From Patescibacteria group bacterium (lineage in GTDB: Bacteria > Patescibacteriota > Minisyncoccia > Phycocordibacterales > XYD1-FULL-46-19), in NCBI GenBank assembly GCA_048617235.1, contig JBMCHT010000001.1, positions 118,043 to 182,042 on the forward strand: DNA of 64,000 bases, given 5' to 3'. Position numbers and translations under genes: made by a program. Positions 19,001 to 27,360 of the stretch are shown here, one piece after another. Every line of letters begins with the position of its first letter. Position 1 is the first letter of the stretch. The notes beneath the pieces are model-generated. The model did no database searches and was not told the origin of the DNA. It was given only the letters and a program-made list of their open reading frames with translations.

Positions 19001-19728
19001 AAAGAAGAAGATACCTGCGAAAGCAAATCTTCCAAATCTATTCCTTGGCAAATTTGATTTAAAGCTTCAGCTCCAATACCAGCCTCAAAAACCTGTCCGT
19101 ATTTAAGAGATAAACGATGATATTCAATTTCATCAATAACTCGCCACGGTTCTATTGATTCCAATTGCCGTTTAGCCCCTAATAAAGCTTGTTTAATGGC
19201 CTCTTTTTCTTTATCAGAACCGGCTGCTTTAACTTTGGTTTTATATTCATTATCTAATTGTTTTAAAACTTTGGTTTTTTCCACATCATCAACATCAGTA
19301 ATAATATAACCGGCAAAATAAATAACCTTTTCTACATCTGTGATTGTTAAATTAAGTAAGATTCCCAAACGACTAGGTATATTACGAACAAACCAAATAT
19401 GAGATACCGGACATGCCAGATCAATATGACCCATTCTTTCTCTTCTAACTATTGAACGGGTAACTTCAACTCCACATTTTTCACAAACAATATCTTTATA
19501 TCTGACTCTTTTGTATTTACCACAATAACACTCATAGTCTTTTTCCGGACCAAATATTCTTTCATCAAACAAACCGTTTCTTTCAGATCGGCCACTACGA
19601 TAATTAATCGTTTCAGGTTTGGTCACTTCACCGTAAGACCAAGCTCTGATTCTTTCTGGAGATGCTAATTTCAAACTAACCGCATTAAAATCCTCCATTA
19701 TATTATTGACTTTGTTATTTTTCATCAT
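16051..19728 (-). CDS. rpoC: RNA polymerase beta' subunit
   Basis: NADFDGD catalytic motif and GEPGTQLTMRT. Confidence 0.98.
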   Translation of the reverse strand: MMKNNKVNNIMEDFNAVSLKLASPERIRAWSYGEVTKPETINYRSGRSERNGLFDERIFGPEKDYECYCGKYKRVRYKDIVCEKCGVEVTRSIVRRERMGHIDLACPVSHIWFVRNIPSRLGILLNLTITDVEKVIYFAGYIITDVDDVEKTKVLKQLDNEYKTKVKAAGSDKEKEAIKQALLGAKRQLESIEPWRVIDEIEYHRLSLKYGQVFEAGIGAEALNQICQGIDLEDLLSQVSSSLETAKSTERIKLRKRYNLVKSMLKAGVRPEWMLLKVVPIIPPALRPMVALDGGRHATSDINDLYRRVINRNNRLKKLIDLNAPEVILRNEKRILQEAVDALIDNNIRKSGGEGVMNQSQRRPLKSLADNLRGKQGRFRQNLIGKRVDYSGRSVIVVGPDLKISQCGLPKLMALELFRPFIIAQILEKELAFNIRGAGRLIDEQSPDIWAILEDVIKDKYVLLNRPPTLHRLGIQAFQPVLIEGSAIQIHPLVCSAFNADFDGDQMAVHVPLSVPAQKEARDLVAANRNLLKPGSGDPVINMKLDIVLGCYWVTKEIADARGSGQYFSSPNHAIMAHDFDHVDLQAKINVKMTKKEKYGEYKEKIIETSVGRLLFNNNLPADFPFFNQAVTGKGMSALVDQLVHRYDMSLMPDILDKIKSFGFKYATTSGITWGIDDVVVPAKKEDVIKKAQEETIQIYEQYNDGLLSDNERYQMFIETWLKARNEVEKLVPGSLGEHKSVSDMLNSNARGSVAQVTQMSGMIGLMTNPSGQLIDFPIVSSFKEGLTPLEFFVSTHGSRKGLADTALNTAQAGYLTRKLVYVAQDIIVNADDCQDKQGKVFNQSHILGFEEGLANSIRGRILLESVKDQNGQELFPDGHLLSKADAKSIDEAGITEVRVRTPLTCKNTRGICRACYGEDQGRGGLIKIGEPVGVVAAQAIGEPGTQLTMRTKHAGGVSQEGGDIVGGLPRVTEIFERRNPKASALLSEVEGEVMEIKVGAKDRTIVILTDPAVAKDKKKKSTVEYTVPAIRNLLIEKGDTITVGQILTDGSVDLVNYLKLAGQAKVEDYIIKEINAIYQLQGVDIARKHIELVIRQMLSRRKIQEPGDTDLQINEVVDKAELEEVNTKVKAEGGEPAKGKIVILGISDVALSSSSFLSAASFQHTTKVLINAAVAGKVDKLRGLKENVALGRLIPAGTGLIPDYNEIAEAEAENGSIARMEDDN

Positions 19729-19751
19729 AATAAATATTTGAAATTAGTTTT

Positions 19752-22700
19752 TTAATTTTGAATTTGTTTTAATTCTATATCCAGAGCCAAGCCTCTCAGC
19801 TCATTTAACATCACATTAAAAGAAGCCGGAACATTGGGTTGTTTAATATATTCACCTTTAACTAAAGAATCAAAAGCCTGGGATCGGCCAACAATATCAT
19901 CTGATTTAATAGTCAACATTTCCCTTAAAATGTAAGCAGCACCATATCCTTCCATAGCCCAAACTTCCATTTCTCCAAAACGCTGGCCACCACCTTGAGA
20001 CCGTCCTCCTAAAGGCTGTTGAGTAATTAAAGAATAAGGACCAACTGATCTCATATGAATTTTATCTTCAACCATATGAGTCAACTTCATAATATACATA
20101 TAACCGGTAGCAATCGCTTGTTTAAATTTCTCTCCGGTTCGGCCGTCAAATAATTCCATTTTACCATTTTCGGCAAAACCAGCTTCTTTTAACTCTTGCC
20201 TGATTTCTTCAGGGGTCGCTCCTTGGAAAACGGGAGTAATTGCTTGATAACCCAAAGCCTGAGCCGCCAAACCTAAATGTAATTCCATAATTTGACCTAA
20301 ATTCATACGGCTAGGCACTCCTAATGGCGTTAAAATTACATCAACTGGCTCCCCGTCAGCTGAATAAGGCATATCTTCTACCGGCAAAATACGAGAAATT
20401 ACTCCTTTATTTCCATGCCGACCGGCCAATTTATCTCCAACCGAAACATTGCGCATTTGAGCTACTTGAATATAAATCTTCTTGATTACTCCGGACTCCA
20501 TCTTATCACCTCGTTCTCGAGAAAAAACCTTAACCCCAATTACCCTACCTTTTTTACCGTGAGGTAAACGCAAAGAAGCATCTTTAACATCACGAGATTT
20601 CTCACCAAAAATTGAACGCAATAAACGTTCTTCCGGAGTTAATTCCGTTTCTCCTTTGGGAGTAATTTTACCCACCAATATATCGCCTGGAGTGACTTCG
20701 GCTCCTATTCTAACTATACCTTCTTCATCTAAATTTCTTAATTTAACTTCACCGACATTCGGAATATCGTGGGTAGTTATTTCCGGACCCAATTTGGTAT
20801 CCCTAACACTGATATCAAATTCTTGTATATGGATACTAGAAAATTTGTGATCACGAACCAATCTTTGGGAAATAATTATAGCATCTTCATAATTAGATCC
20901 TTGCCAAGACATAAAAGCCACTCGGACATTTTGCCCAACCGCTACTTGACCGCCGGAAGTTGAAGAGTTATCAGCCAACAAGTCTCCGGCTTTAACTTTT
21001 TGTCCTATATTAACTATCGGTTTATGATGAAAAATACTGGTTTCATTAGTCTTTTGAAAACTGATCAAAGGATATTCATCCACCTCTCCTTTATCTGTTT
21101 TTATTTTAATCTGCTGGCCATCTACTGCTATTATTTGACCGGCTCTTTTAACATAAAGTAAACGCCCTGAATCCCGAGCCACTCTTGATTCCATACCGGT
21201 AGCCACTAAAGGGGCTTCACTTATAACTGGTGGTACACTCTGTTTCTGCATATTGGAACCCATTAAAGTTCGATTAGAGTTATCATGTTCCAAAAAAGGA
21301 ATCATAGAAGTAGCTACCGAATAAGCCTGATTGGTGGCCACCTCCATAAAATCTACATCATTCGGCTCAACCAAACTGGGTCGAGTTTTAAAACGAACCT
21401 CTATCTGCTCATCAATCAAACGACCATCTTTATCCAACCCAACTCCCCCATGAGCTATTTTATATTTTTCTTCCTCTAAAGCATTTAAATAAACTACTTC
21501 ATTGGTTAAACGACTATTTTTAACTTTAATATAAGGAGTCTCGATAATACCAAATTCATTAACTCGAGCAAAAGCGGTTAAATGTAAAATCAAACCGATA
21601 TTTGGCCCTTCCGGCGTATGCACCGGACACAAACGGCCATAATGTGAAGTATGTACATCCCGAACCTCAAAACCGGCTCGTTCTCTAGTTAAACCACCCG
21701 GACCCAAAGCCGATAAAGTCCTTAAATGTTCCACTTCATACAAAACATTAGTCTGGCTCATAAATTGAGATAATTGATTGGTGGTGAAAAACTCTTTCAA
21801 GCGAGCCTGAAGCGGTCTGGGATTAACTAATTGAATCGGTAATAAAGTAGCCGAATCCACTGTAGACATCCTATCTTGAATATGACGTCTCATTTGAGTC
21901 ATACCTACTTTCATCCGTTGTTGTAACATCTCACCCATACTACGAACCCGACGAAATCCTAAATGATCTATATCATCGGGAATAGCTTCCGGAGTATTAT
22001 TTAATTCTATAATATGTTTAATAGTTAAAATTAAATCTTCTAATTTTAATAATCTGTCTTCACGAGCTTTATCATCAACCGGTAAACCAAAACGCTCATT
22101 AAAACGCAATCTTCCAACAACTGAAAAATCATATCTTTCTCGACTAAAAAGACCATCAACAAATTCTCTGGCACTAGCCGGAGTAGCCAAATCGCTATCT
22201 CGATGTCTTTTATAAATCTCCATATAAGCCTCATCCACTGTTTTAGCATTATCTTTGTCTAAAGTATTTTTTATTGTCTCAGTATCCACACCCGCTTTTT
22301 CAAACATATTTAATATCTCTTTATCATCCATATCATGCCCTTTAATTGCAGCTAGGGTTCTAATTAAAGCAGTAATCGGAAATTTTCGTCTCCTGTCTAT
22401 TCGGCCATAGATAACTCCATCAGCTTCTGTTTCCAATTCCACCCAAGCCCCTCGCGCCGGACTTATTTTAGCCCCAAAATAATTATAACCTCTTATTTGA
22501 TTGGCAGTAAAAAATACACCAAAACTTCGAGCCAACTGCGGTACCATCACTCTTTCTATACCATTGAAAATGAACGTACCATGATCAGTCATAACCGGGA
22601 AATCAGCTAAAAATATTTCTTGTTCTTTGGTTTGATTTAAATTTTTATTATGTAACTTAACTCTAACTTTTAAAGGTGCCTCGAAAGATAATCTGTTACT

Positions 22701-22928
22701 CTTGGCATAATGTTCATCAAATTTTGGTCTTTCTAAATTAAATTCTGAAAATTCCAAATGGAATTTTTTACCGGAATAATCCTCAATGGCTGAAAATTCT
22801 TCAAACAATTCTTTCAAACCTTCATTAACCAACCAATCATAAGATTGTAATTGCAAATCTTTTAAATCCGGCATATCGATTAACGGTTTCCTGTAAGAAG
22901 AAAAAGTTTTTTGTTTTTGGGGCATCAT
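19752..22928 (-). CDS. rpoB: RNA polymerase beta subunit
   Basis: GDKLAGRHGNKG and GGQRFGEME motifs. Confidence 0.98.
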   Translation of the reverse strand: MMPQKQKTFSSYRKPLIDMPDLKDLQLQSYDWLVNEGLKELFEEFSAIEDYSGKKFHLEFSEFNLERPKFDEHYAKSNRLSFEAPLKVRVKLHNKNLNQTKEQEIFLADFPVMTDHGTFIFNGIERVMVPQLARSFGVFFTANQIRGYNYFGAKISPARGAWVELETEADGVIYGRIDRRRKFPITALIRTLAAIKGHDMDDKEILNMFEKAGVDTETIKNTLDKDNAKTVDEAYMEIYKRHRDSDLATPASAREFVDGLFSRERYDFSVVGRLRFNERFGLPVDDKAREDRLLKLEDLILTIKHIIELNNTPEAIPDDIDHLGFRRVRSMGEMLQQRMKVGMTQMRRHIQDRMSTVDSATLLPIQLVNPRPLQARLKEFFTTNQLSQFMSQTNVLYEVEHLRTLSALGPGGLTRERAGFEVRDVHTSHYGRLCPVHTPEGPNIGLILHLTAFARVNEFGIIETPYIKVKNSRLTNEVVYLNALEEEKYKIAHGGVGLDKDGRLIDEQIEVRFKTRPSLVEPNDVDFMEVATNQAYSVATSMIPFLEHDNSNRTLMGSNMQKQSVPPVISEAPLVATGMESRVARDSGRLLYVKRAGQIIAVDGQQIKIKTDKGEVDEYPLISFQKTNETSIFHHKPIVNIGQKVKAGDLLADNSSTSGGQVAVGQNVRVAFMSWQGSNYEDAIIISQRLVRDHKFSSIHIQEFDISVRDTKLGPEITTHDIPNVGEVKLRNLDEEGIVRIGAEVTPGDILVGKITPKGETELTPEERLLRSIFGEKSRDVKDASLRLPHGKKGRVIGVKVFSRERGDKMESGVIKKIYIQVAQMRNVSVGDKLAGRHGNKGVISRILPVEDMPYSADGEPVDVILTPLGVPSRMNLGQIMELHLGLAAQALGYQAITPVFQGATPEEIRQELKEAGFAENGKMELFDGRTGEKFKQAIATGYMYIMKLTHMVEDKIHMRSVGPYSLITQQPLGGRSQGGGQRFGEMEVWAMEGYGAAYILREMLTIKSDDIVGRSQAFDSLVKGEYIKQPNVPASFNVMLNELRGLALDIELKQIQN

Positions 22929-23161
22929 AATATTATTAAAATAAAACTAGACTTATTTATAAAAATAAAACTTTCAGACAATAAGCAAAATCAAGCTGAC
23001 CAGACAAAATGTCCGCCAACTGTAAATTTTCTTAATGTTTTATAATGGAAGATCGTTATCCTTCGGAACTCAATCTCGTCCGTAAATGTTACCCTAAAGA
23101 TAACATAAAGAATAAAAAAGTCAAAAAAAATAAAGGTGGATAAATTAAATATAAAATTTTA

Positions 23162-23812
23162 TTATTTATTGGTTTTCTTTTTCCATTGATTTATCTTTTG
23201 ATGATGACCGGATTTTAAAACTGCTGGCACCGAATAATGCTTACCTTTATCTTTGATGATCTCCGGCCTGGTATAAATAGCCGAACCGGCCGGTCGAGTA
23301 TCCTCCAAAGAATCACCTGAGCCCAAAACCCCGGGTAAACGACGAGCTACCGCATCCACCACTACCATGGCCGGTAATTCCCCACCGGATAAAATATAAG
23401 AACCAATAGAAACTTTATCCGCTGTCAATATTTCAGCTGCCCGAGCATCTATACCTTCATAACGCCCGGCTACCAGTACCAAATGCTGAAAAGATTCAGA
23501 CCAATTTTCTGCTATCTCATCATCAAATTGATAACCGCGAGGATCAAGAAAAATAACTTTAACTTTCTTTTTCCGACCAATAATTTGTCTTACCGCTTTA
23601 ATCACCACCGGTGCTTTTATAACCATTCCCGGTCCTCCGCCATAAGGCCTTCCGTCCAGTCGATCTTTATCAGTGTTTAAAAAATCACGAAGCTGATAAT
23701 AATTTATTTTTATTATTCCTTTGGTTTGAGCTCGACCGATAATTGAAGAATTAAAATAAACCTGAAACACCTCCGGAAAAAGACTAATTATATGGAAATT
23801 AATTTTTTTCAT
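23162..23812 (-). CDS. trmD: tRNA (guanine37-N1)-methyltransferase
   Basis: PYGGGPGMV, GRYEGID and SIGSYILSGGE motifs. Confidence 0.95.
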   Translation of the reverse strand: MKKINFHIISLFPEVFQVYFNSSIIGRAQTKGIIKINYYQLRDFLNTDKDRLDGRPYGGGPGMVIKAPVVIKAVRQIIGRKKKVKVIFLDPRGYQFDDEIAENWSESFQHLVLVAGRYEGIDARAAEILTADKVSIGSYILSGGELPAMVVVDAVARRLPGVLGSGDSLEDTRPAGSAIYTRPEIIKDKGKHYSVPAVLKSGHHQKINQWKKKTNK

Positions 23813-23819
23813 AAAGACA

Positions 23820-23862
23820 AAAGTCAACCGCCACACTTTTAAATGAGTGTGGCGATGACTTA
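23820..23862 (-). terminator. Hairpin/terminator between khpA and trmD
   Basis: aagtca..cgccacact...agtgtggcg..tgactt inverted repeat. Confidence 0.55.
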
Positions 23863-23892
23863 CATTTTTTATTTTTGAAGTAAAACAAGGTA

Positions 23893-24249
23893 TTACATTT
23901 TCAGATCATTCATGGCCTGATCGACCGATTCCGAAGCACTAGCTTCAGGAACTTCTGCAGCAGGAGCTTCACTACGATTAGCTTCTCGAGTTGATCCTTC
24001 CGGTTCATTTATTTTTAGATTAACTCTGGCATTATTTTTCATTCCCACTACTCGTAATAATGTTCTGATAGCTTTGGCAGTATTGCCTTGGCGACCAATA
24101 ATTTTACCCATATCGTCCGGATGAACATCCAGAGTGATTAACACTCCCATTTCATCAACTTGACGACCCACCTTAACAGCTTCCGGATTGTCTACCAAAG
24201 AACGGACAACTGTTTCTAAAAACTCTTGATCTTGATATTTTTCTGACAT
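23893..24249 (-). CDS. khpA: KH-domain RNA-binding protein
   Basis: DMGKIIGRQGNTAKAIRTLL; rpsP-khpA-trmD context. Confidence 0.92.
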   Translation of the reverse strand: MSEKYQDQEFLETVVRSLVDNPEAVKVGRQVDEMGVLITLDVHPDDMGKIIGRQGNTAKAIRTLLRVVGMKNNARVNLKINEPEGSTREANRSEAPAAEVPEASASESVDQAMNDLKM

Positions 24250-24412
24250 AATAATTTTTACTAACTGTTTATATTTATTACTAAGCTTAATTCGACCGTC
24301 AGGATATTGTCCGAAAATGATTAAAATTATTCGGTACCCAAGACTAACTTATTGTAATCTAAAAATTAGATTTGTCAAAATAATTGAGTAACTAAAATCT
24401 TGTCTTAAAAAA

Positions 24413-24856
24413 CTAAACAGAAGTCACTTCTTTTTCTTCCAATTCCTCTTGGTTATTTTCCGTTTCTGCCAAATTTTCAGCATCAACTGCCTCATTTTCT
24501 TTATCTTTAACTGTGGTGGTTTCAGTTTCTGTTTTTACTTCAGTTTTATCTTTATCAGCTTCTTTTTCTTTAGTCACCGGTTTGGTTTTTGGTAAAATAT
24601 TTATTTTCGGTCCGGAAATAATTTGCAAACTAACCAGTAAATTATGAACTGTGTCTGATTTTTGAGCTCCGACAGACAACCAATATAAAACCCTATCTTT
24701 TTTTATTTGAGCTTCCGATCGCGGTCGTCGCGGATCATAAGAACCAATTATTTCTTTAAAACGACCACTTTTGGGGCCGTTCTGGGAATCGGTCACAATC
24801 ATTCTAAAAGCCGGATTATTTTTACGTCCGACCCTTTGTAATCTTATGGTTAACAT
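24413..24856 (-). CDS. rpsP: 30S ribosomal protein S16 with acidic tail
   Basis: MLTIRLQRVGRKN and GSYDP motifs. Confidence 0.95.
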   Translation of the reverse strand: MLTIRLQRVGRKNNPAFRMIVTDSQNGPKSGRFKEIIGSYDPRRPRSEAQIKKDRVLYWLSVGAQKSDTVHNLLVSLQIISGPKINILPKTKPVTKEKEADKDKTEVKTETETTTVKDKENEAVDAENLAETENNQEELEEKEVTSV

Positions 24857-24952
24857 ATAGGTCAAAATGATAGCAAAATCTTTGATTCCGGTCAATAGAT
24901 AACCCCTTGGGTTCAAAAAAAATGTCTGTTATACTAACACCACTTTCTTAAA

Positions 24953-26917
24953 ATGAACAAAAAAACAAGCAAAAACAAGCAAATTGAAGGTTTGTTATCT
25001 ATATCCGGTAAAGGAACCGGCTATCTTAATTTAATTGACCAAGATTTAAAAATAGAAATTCCGGCGAATAATTTAAATCGAGCTCTACCCCAAGATAAAG
25101 TCTTGGTTAGTTATAAATTAAAAGACAATCACAAAGCCATTGGTAAAGTTGAGAAAATTTTAGATAGATATACCGGCCCTCGACCGGGTCGAGTAATTAA
25201 GGTTTTAAATAAAAACAGTTATCAAATTACCTTGGATAATTCATCTTATTACACTCCAATATTAATTAAACCAGACCCCGATAAAAAATTAAATATTGCC
25301 GACAAAGTGGTTATAGAAATACAAGACTGGCCTGCAGATTCTCCTCTACCTCTGGGTAAGTTTTTAAAACACTTAGGTAAAGTCGGGGAAAATGAAGCGG
25401 AAATTTTATCAATGATTATCGGTCGCGGTTTAGCTTTGGATTTTCATCCTTCTTTACTAGAATCAATAAAAAATAAAAAAGAAACCTGGGAACAATCTAT
25501 TACAACCGAAGCCGACCAACGGCGAGATTTCAGAAATATTCTAACGCTTACCATTGATCCGGACGATGCTAAAGATTTCGATGACGCTCTCTCTATTCGT
25601 CGACTAGAAAATAATAAACTGGAAGTGGGCATACATATTGCCGATGTTTCCCATTATGTATTACCGGAAAGCACAATAGATAAAGAAGCTCGTCATCGAG
25701 CCACCTCTATTTATTTAGTTGATCGAGTTATACCTATGTTGCCGGAAGTATTATCTAATGATATCTGCAGCTTAAGACCACAAACTGACCGTTTGGCTTT
25801 TTCGGTAGTAGTCACCTTCACTGTTGACGGACAATTAGAAGATGAATGGTTTGGCCCAACAATTATTAAATCCGATTCGCGTTTAAATTATCAAGAAGCA
25901 GAAAAAATAATTACTACTACCGACAGACCGTCAACTAAAGATAACTTAAACACCATAGAATCAGCTTTGGCCGAACTTAATAATTTGGCTCAAAAACTAA
26001 AAAAAGCCAATCAGGAAGCCGGGGCAGTTTCTTTTTCTTCCGATGAAGTCAAATTTAAATTAGATAAAAAAGGAAAGCCCTTAGACGTTATTATTAAAAA
26101 ACAACTTCAAGCCAATGAATTGGTGGAAAATTTTATGCTTTTGGCCAATAAACTGGTGGCCGAATATGCCCATCGAGTTACTCGTCACCAAGAACATACT
26201 TTTGTTTACCGAGTTCATGATTATCCTGATCCTGAAAAAATAGGACAACTGATTTCTTTCCTAAAACCCTTGGGTTATAATTTAAAAATTCAAGATGATG
26301 AATTGGAACAAACTGATCTTAACCATCTGCTTCAACAAGCGGAAAATCAAGCCGAACACAGTTTAATCAATAGAACCGCTATTCGAGCCATGGCTAAAGC
26401 GGTATATTCGGAAAAAAATATAGGCCATTGGGGTTTGGCTTTTCCTTATTATACCCATTTTACTTCCCCTATTAGACGTTACCCCGATCTTTTAGTTCAC
26501 CGTCTTCTAAAAACTTATCTTCAAGGTAAAAAGCCCAACCAAAAAGAATTGGATCAATTAAGTGAAATATTACTTCATTGTTCTCAACGAGAACAATTGG
26601 CCGCTGAAGCCGAAAGAGAATCAATTAAATTAAAACAAGCCGAATATATGCAAAATTTTATCGATCAAACCAGAATCGGGATTATTTCCGGCTTAACCGA
26701 TTGGGGTATTTTTGTAGAAGATGTTCAAACCAAAGCCGAGGGTTTAATTCGTCTATCAGAAATAAAAAAAGATTATTATCAATTATCAGATAATCGTTAT
26801 TTTGTTATCGGTCAAAGAACGGGACATAAATTATCTTTAGGCGATCAAATAAAAATTAAAGTTATAAATGCTAACCCGGCTTCTCGTCAAATTGATTTCG
26901 GTTTAATAATTGATTAA
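24953..26917 (+). CDS. rnr: Ribonuclease R
   Basis: TIDPDDAKDFDDA, YTHFTSPIRRYPD and C-terminal S1 domain. Confidence 0.93.
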   Translation: MNKKTSKNKQIEGLLSISGKGTGYLNLIDQDLKIEIPANNLNRALPQDKVLVSYKLKDNHKAIGKVEKILDRYTGPRPGRVIKVLNKNSYQITLDNSSYYTPILIKPDPDKKLNIADKVVIEIQDWPADSPLPLGKFLKHLGKVGENEAEILSMIIGRGLALDFHPSLLESIKNKKETWEQSITTEADQRRDFRNILTLTIDPDDAKDFDDALSIRRLENNKLEVGIHIADVSHYVLPESTIDKEARHRATSIYLVDRVIPMLPEVLSNDICSLRPQTDRLAFSVVVTFTVDGQLEDEWFGPTIIKSDSRLNYQEAEKIITTTDRPSTKDNLNTIESALAELNNLAQKLKKANQEAGAVSFSSDEVKFKLDKKGKPLDVIIKKQLQANELVENFMLLANKLVAEYAHRVTRHQEHTFVYRVHDYPDPEKIGQLISFLKPLGYNLKIQDDELEQTDLNHLLQQAENQAEHSLINRTAIRAMAKAVYSEKNIGHWGLAFPYYTHFTSPIRRYPDLLVHRLLKTYLQGKKPNQKELDQLSEILLHCSQREQLAAEAERESIKLKQAEYMQNFIDQTRIGIISGLTDWGIFVEDVQTKAEGLIRLSEIKKDYYQLSDNRYFVIGQRTGHKLSLGDQIKIKVINANPASRQIDFGLIID

Positions 26918-26924
26918 GAAACTA

Positions 26925-26966
26925 TGTGGATAAATTATTTGACTATCGTCAATAAAATCTTAGAAT
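26925..26966 (+). promoter_or_regulatory. DnaA box adjacent to a sigma70 promoter
   Basis: TGTGGATAA (26925-26933); TTGACT (26939-26944), 16-bp spacer, TAGAAT (26961-26966). Confidence 0.6.
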
Positions 26967-26972
26967 AAAAAT

Positions 26973-27047
26973 ATGTTCAAATATAAACAAAACTTCCTCG
27001 GCCTCATTATTATTACCATTTCTGATGGAGGTTTTGCCGATGTTTAA
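26973..27047 (+). CDS. Putative attenuator leader peptide MFKYKQNFLGLIIITISDGGFADV
   Basis: 24-codon ORF starting 6 nt after the -10 box; ATT ATT ATT ACC ATT run directly precedes the antiterminator strand. Confidence 0.65.
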   Translation: MFKYKQNFLGLIIITISDGGFADV

Positions 27048-27100
27048 AAAATTCTTTTCAAATATCCACAAACCCTTCATCAGCCGATGAAGGGTTTTTT
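27022..27100 (+). promoter_or_regulatory. Mutually exclusive antiterminator and terminator
   Basis: Terminator AAACCCTTCATC-AGCC-GATGAAGGGTTT-TTT (27070-27100); CTGATGGAGGTTT (27022-27034) is complementary to its 5' arm. Confidence 0.75.
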
Positions 27101-27141
27101 GGTCTTTGATTACAAAAAAAAAGAGAGAGGAGGTGATATTT

Positions 27142-27315
27142 ATGCAAGTTGTTCCGGTTTCAATTTGTTGGGTAATGGGTTGTTTTGTGGTGGATTATAC
27201 ATCACATTACACTCACCTGAAAGTAGTGGGAAAGGATGGATCTACATCCTTTGTTCCCGCTGCTCCACCATCACCAACCAAGATGCCTGCCAAAGAGATC
27301 ATCTACTCTCTTTGA
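27142..27315 (+). CDS. Orphan 57-aa protein downstream of the attenuator
   Basis: AGGAGGTGA SD, ATG at 27142, followed by a terminator. Confidence 0.6.
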   Translation: MQVVPVSICWVMGCFVVDYTSHYTHLKVVGKDGSTSFVPAAPPSPTKMPAKEIIYSL

Positions 27316-27320
27316 CAGAC

Positions 27321-27360
27321 AAGCGCCACCGTCTCTTGAGACCGGTGGCGTTTCTTTATT
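27321..27360. terminator. Terminator between the small ORF and convergent smc
   Basis: cgccacc-gtctc-tt-gagac-cggtggcg hairpin followed by tttcttt. Confidence 0.7.

Noticed and set aside
22930-23160. rpoB 5' leader hairpin as a riboswitch
   Set aside because: Only one modest hairpin and no recognisable aptamer.
26925-27070. Replication origin
   Set aside because: Only two DnaA boxes, no dnaA/dnaN nearby and no clear unwinding element.
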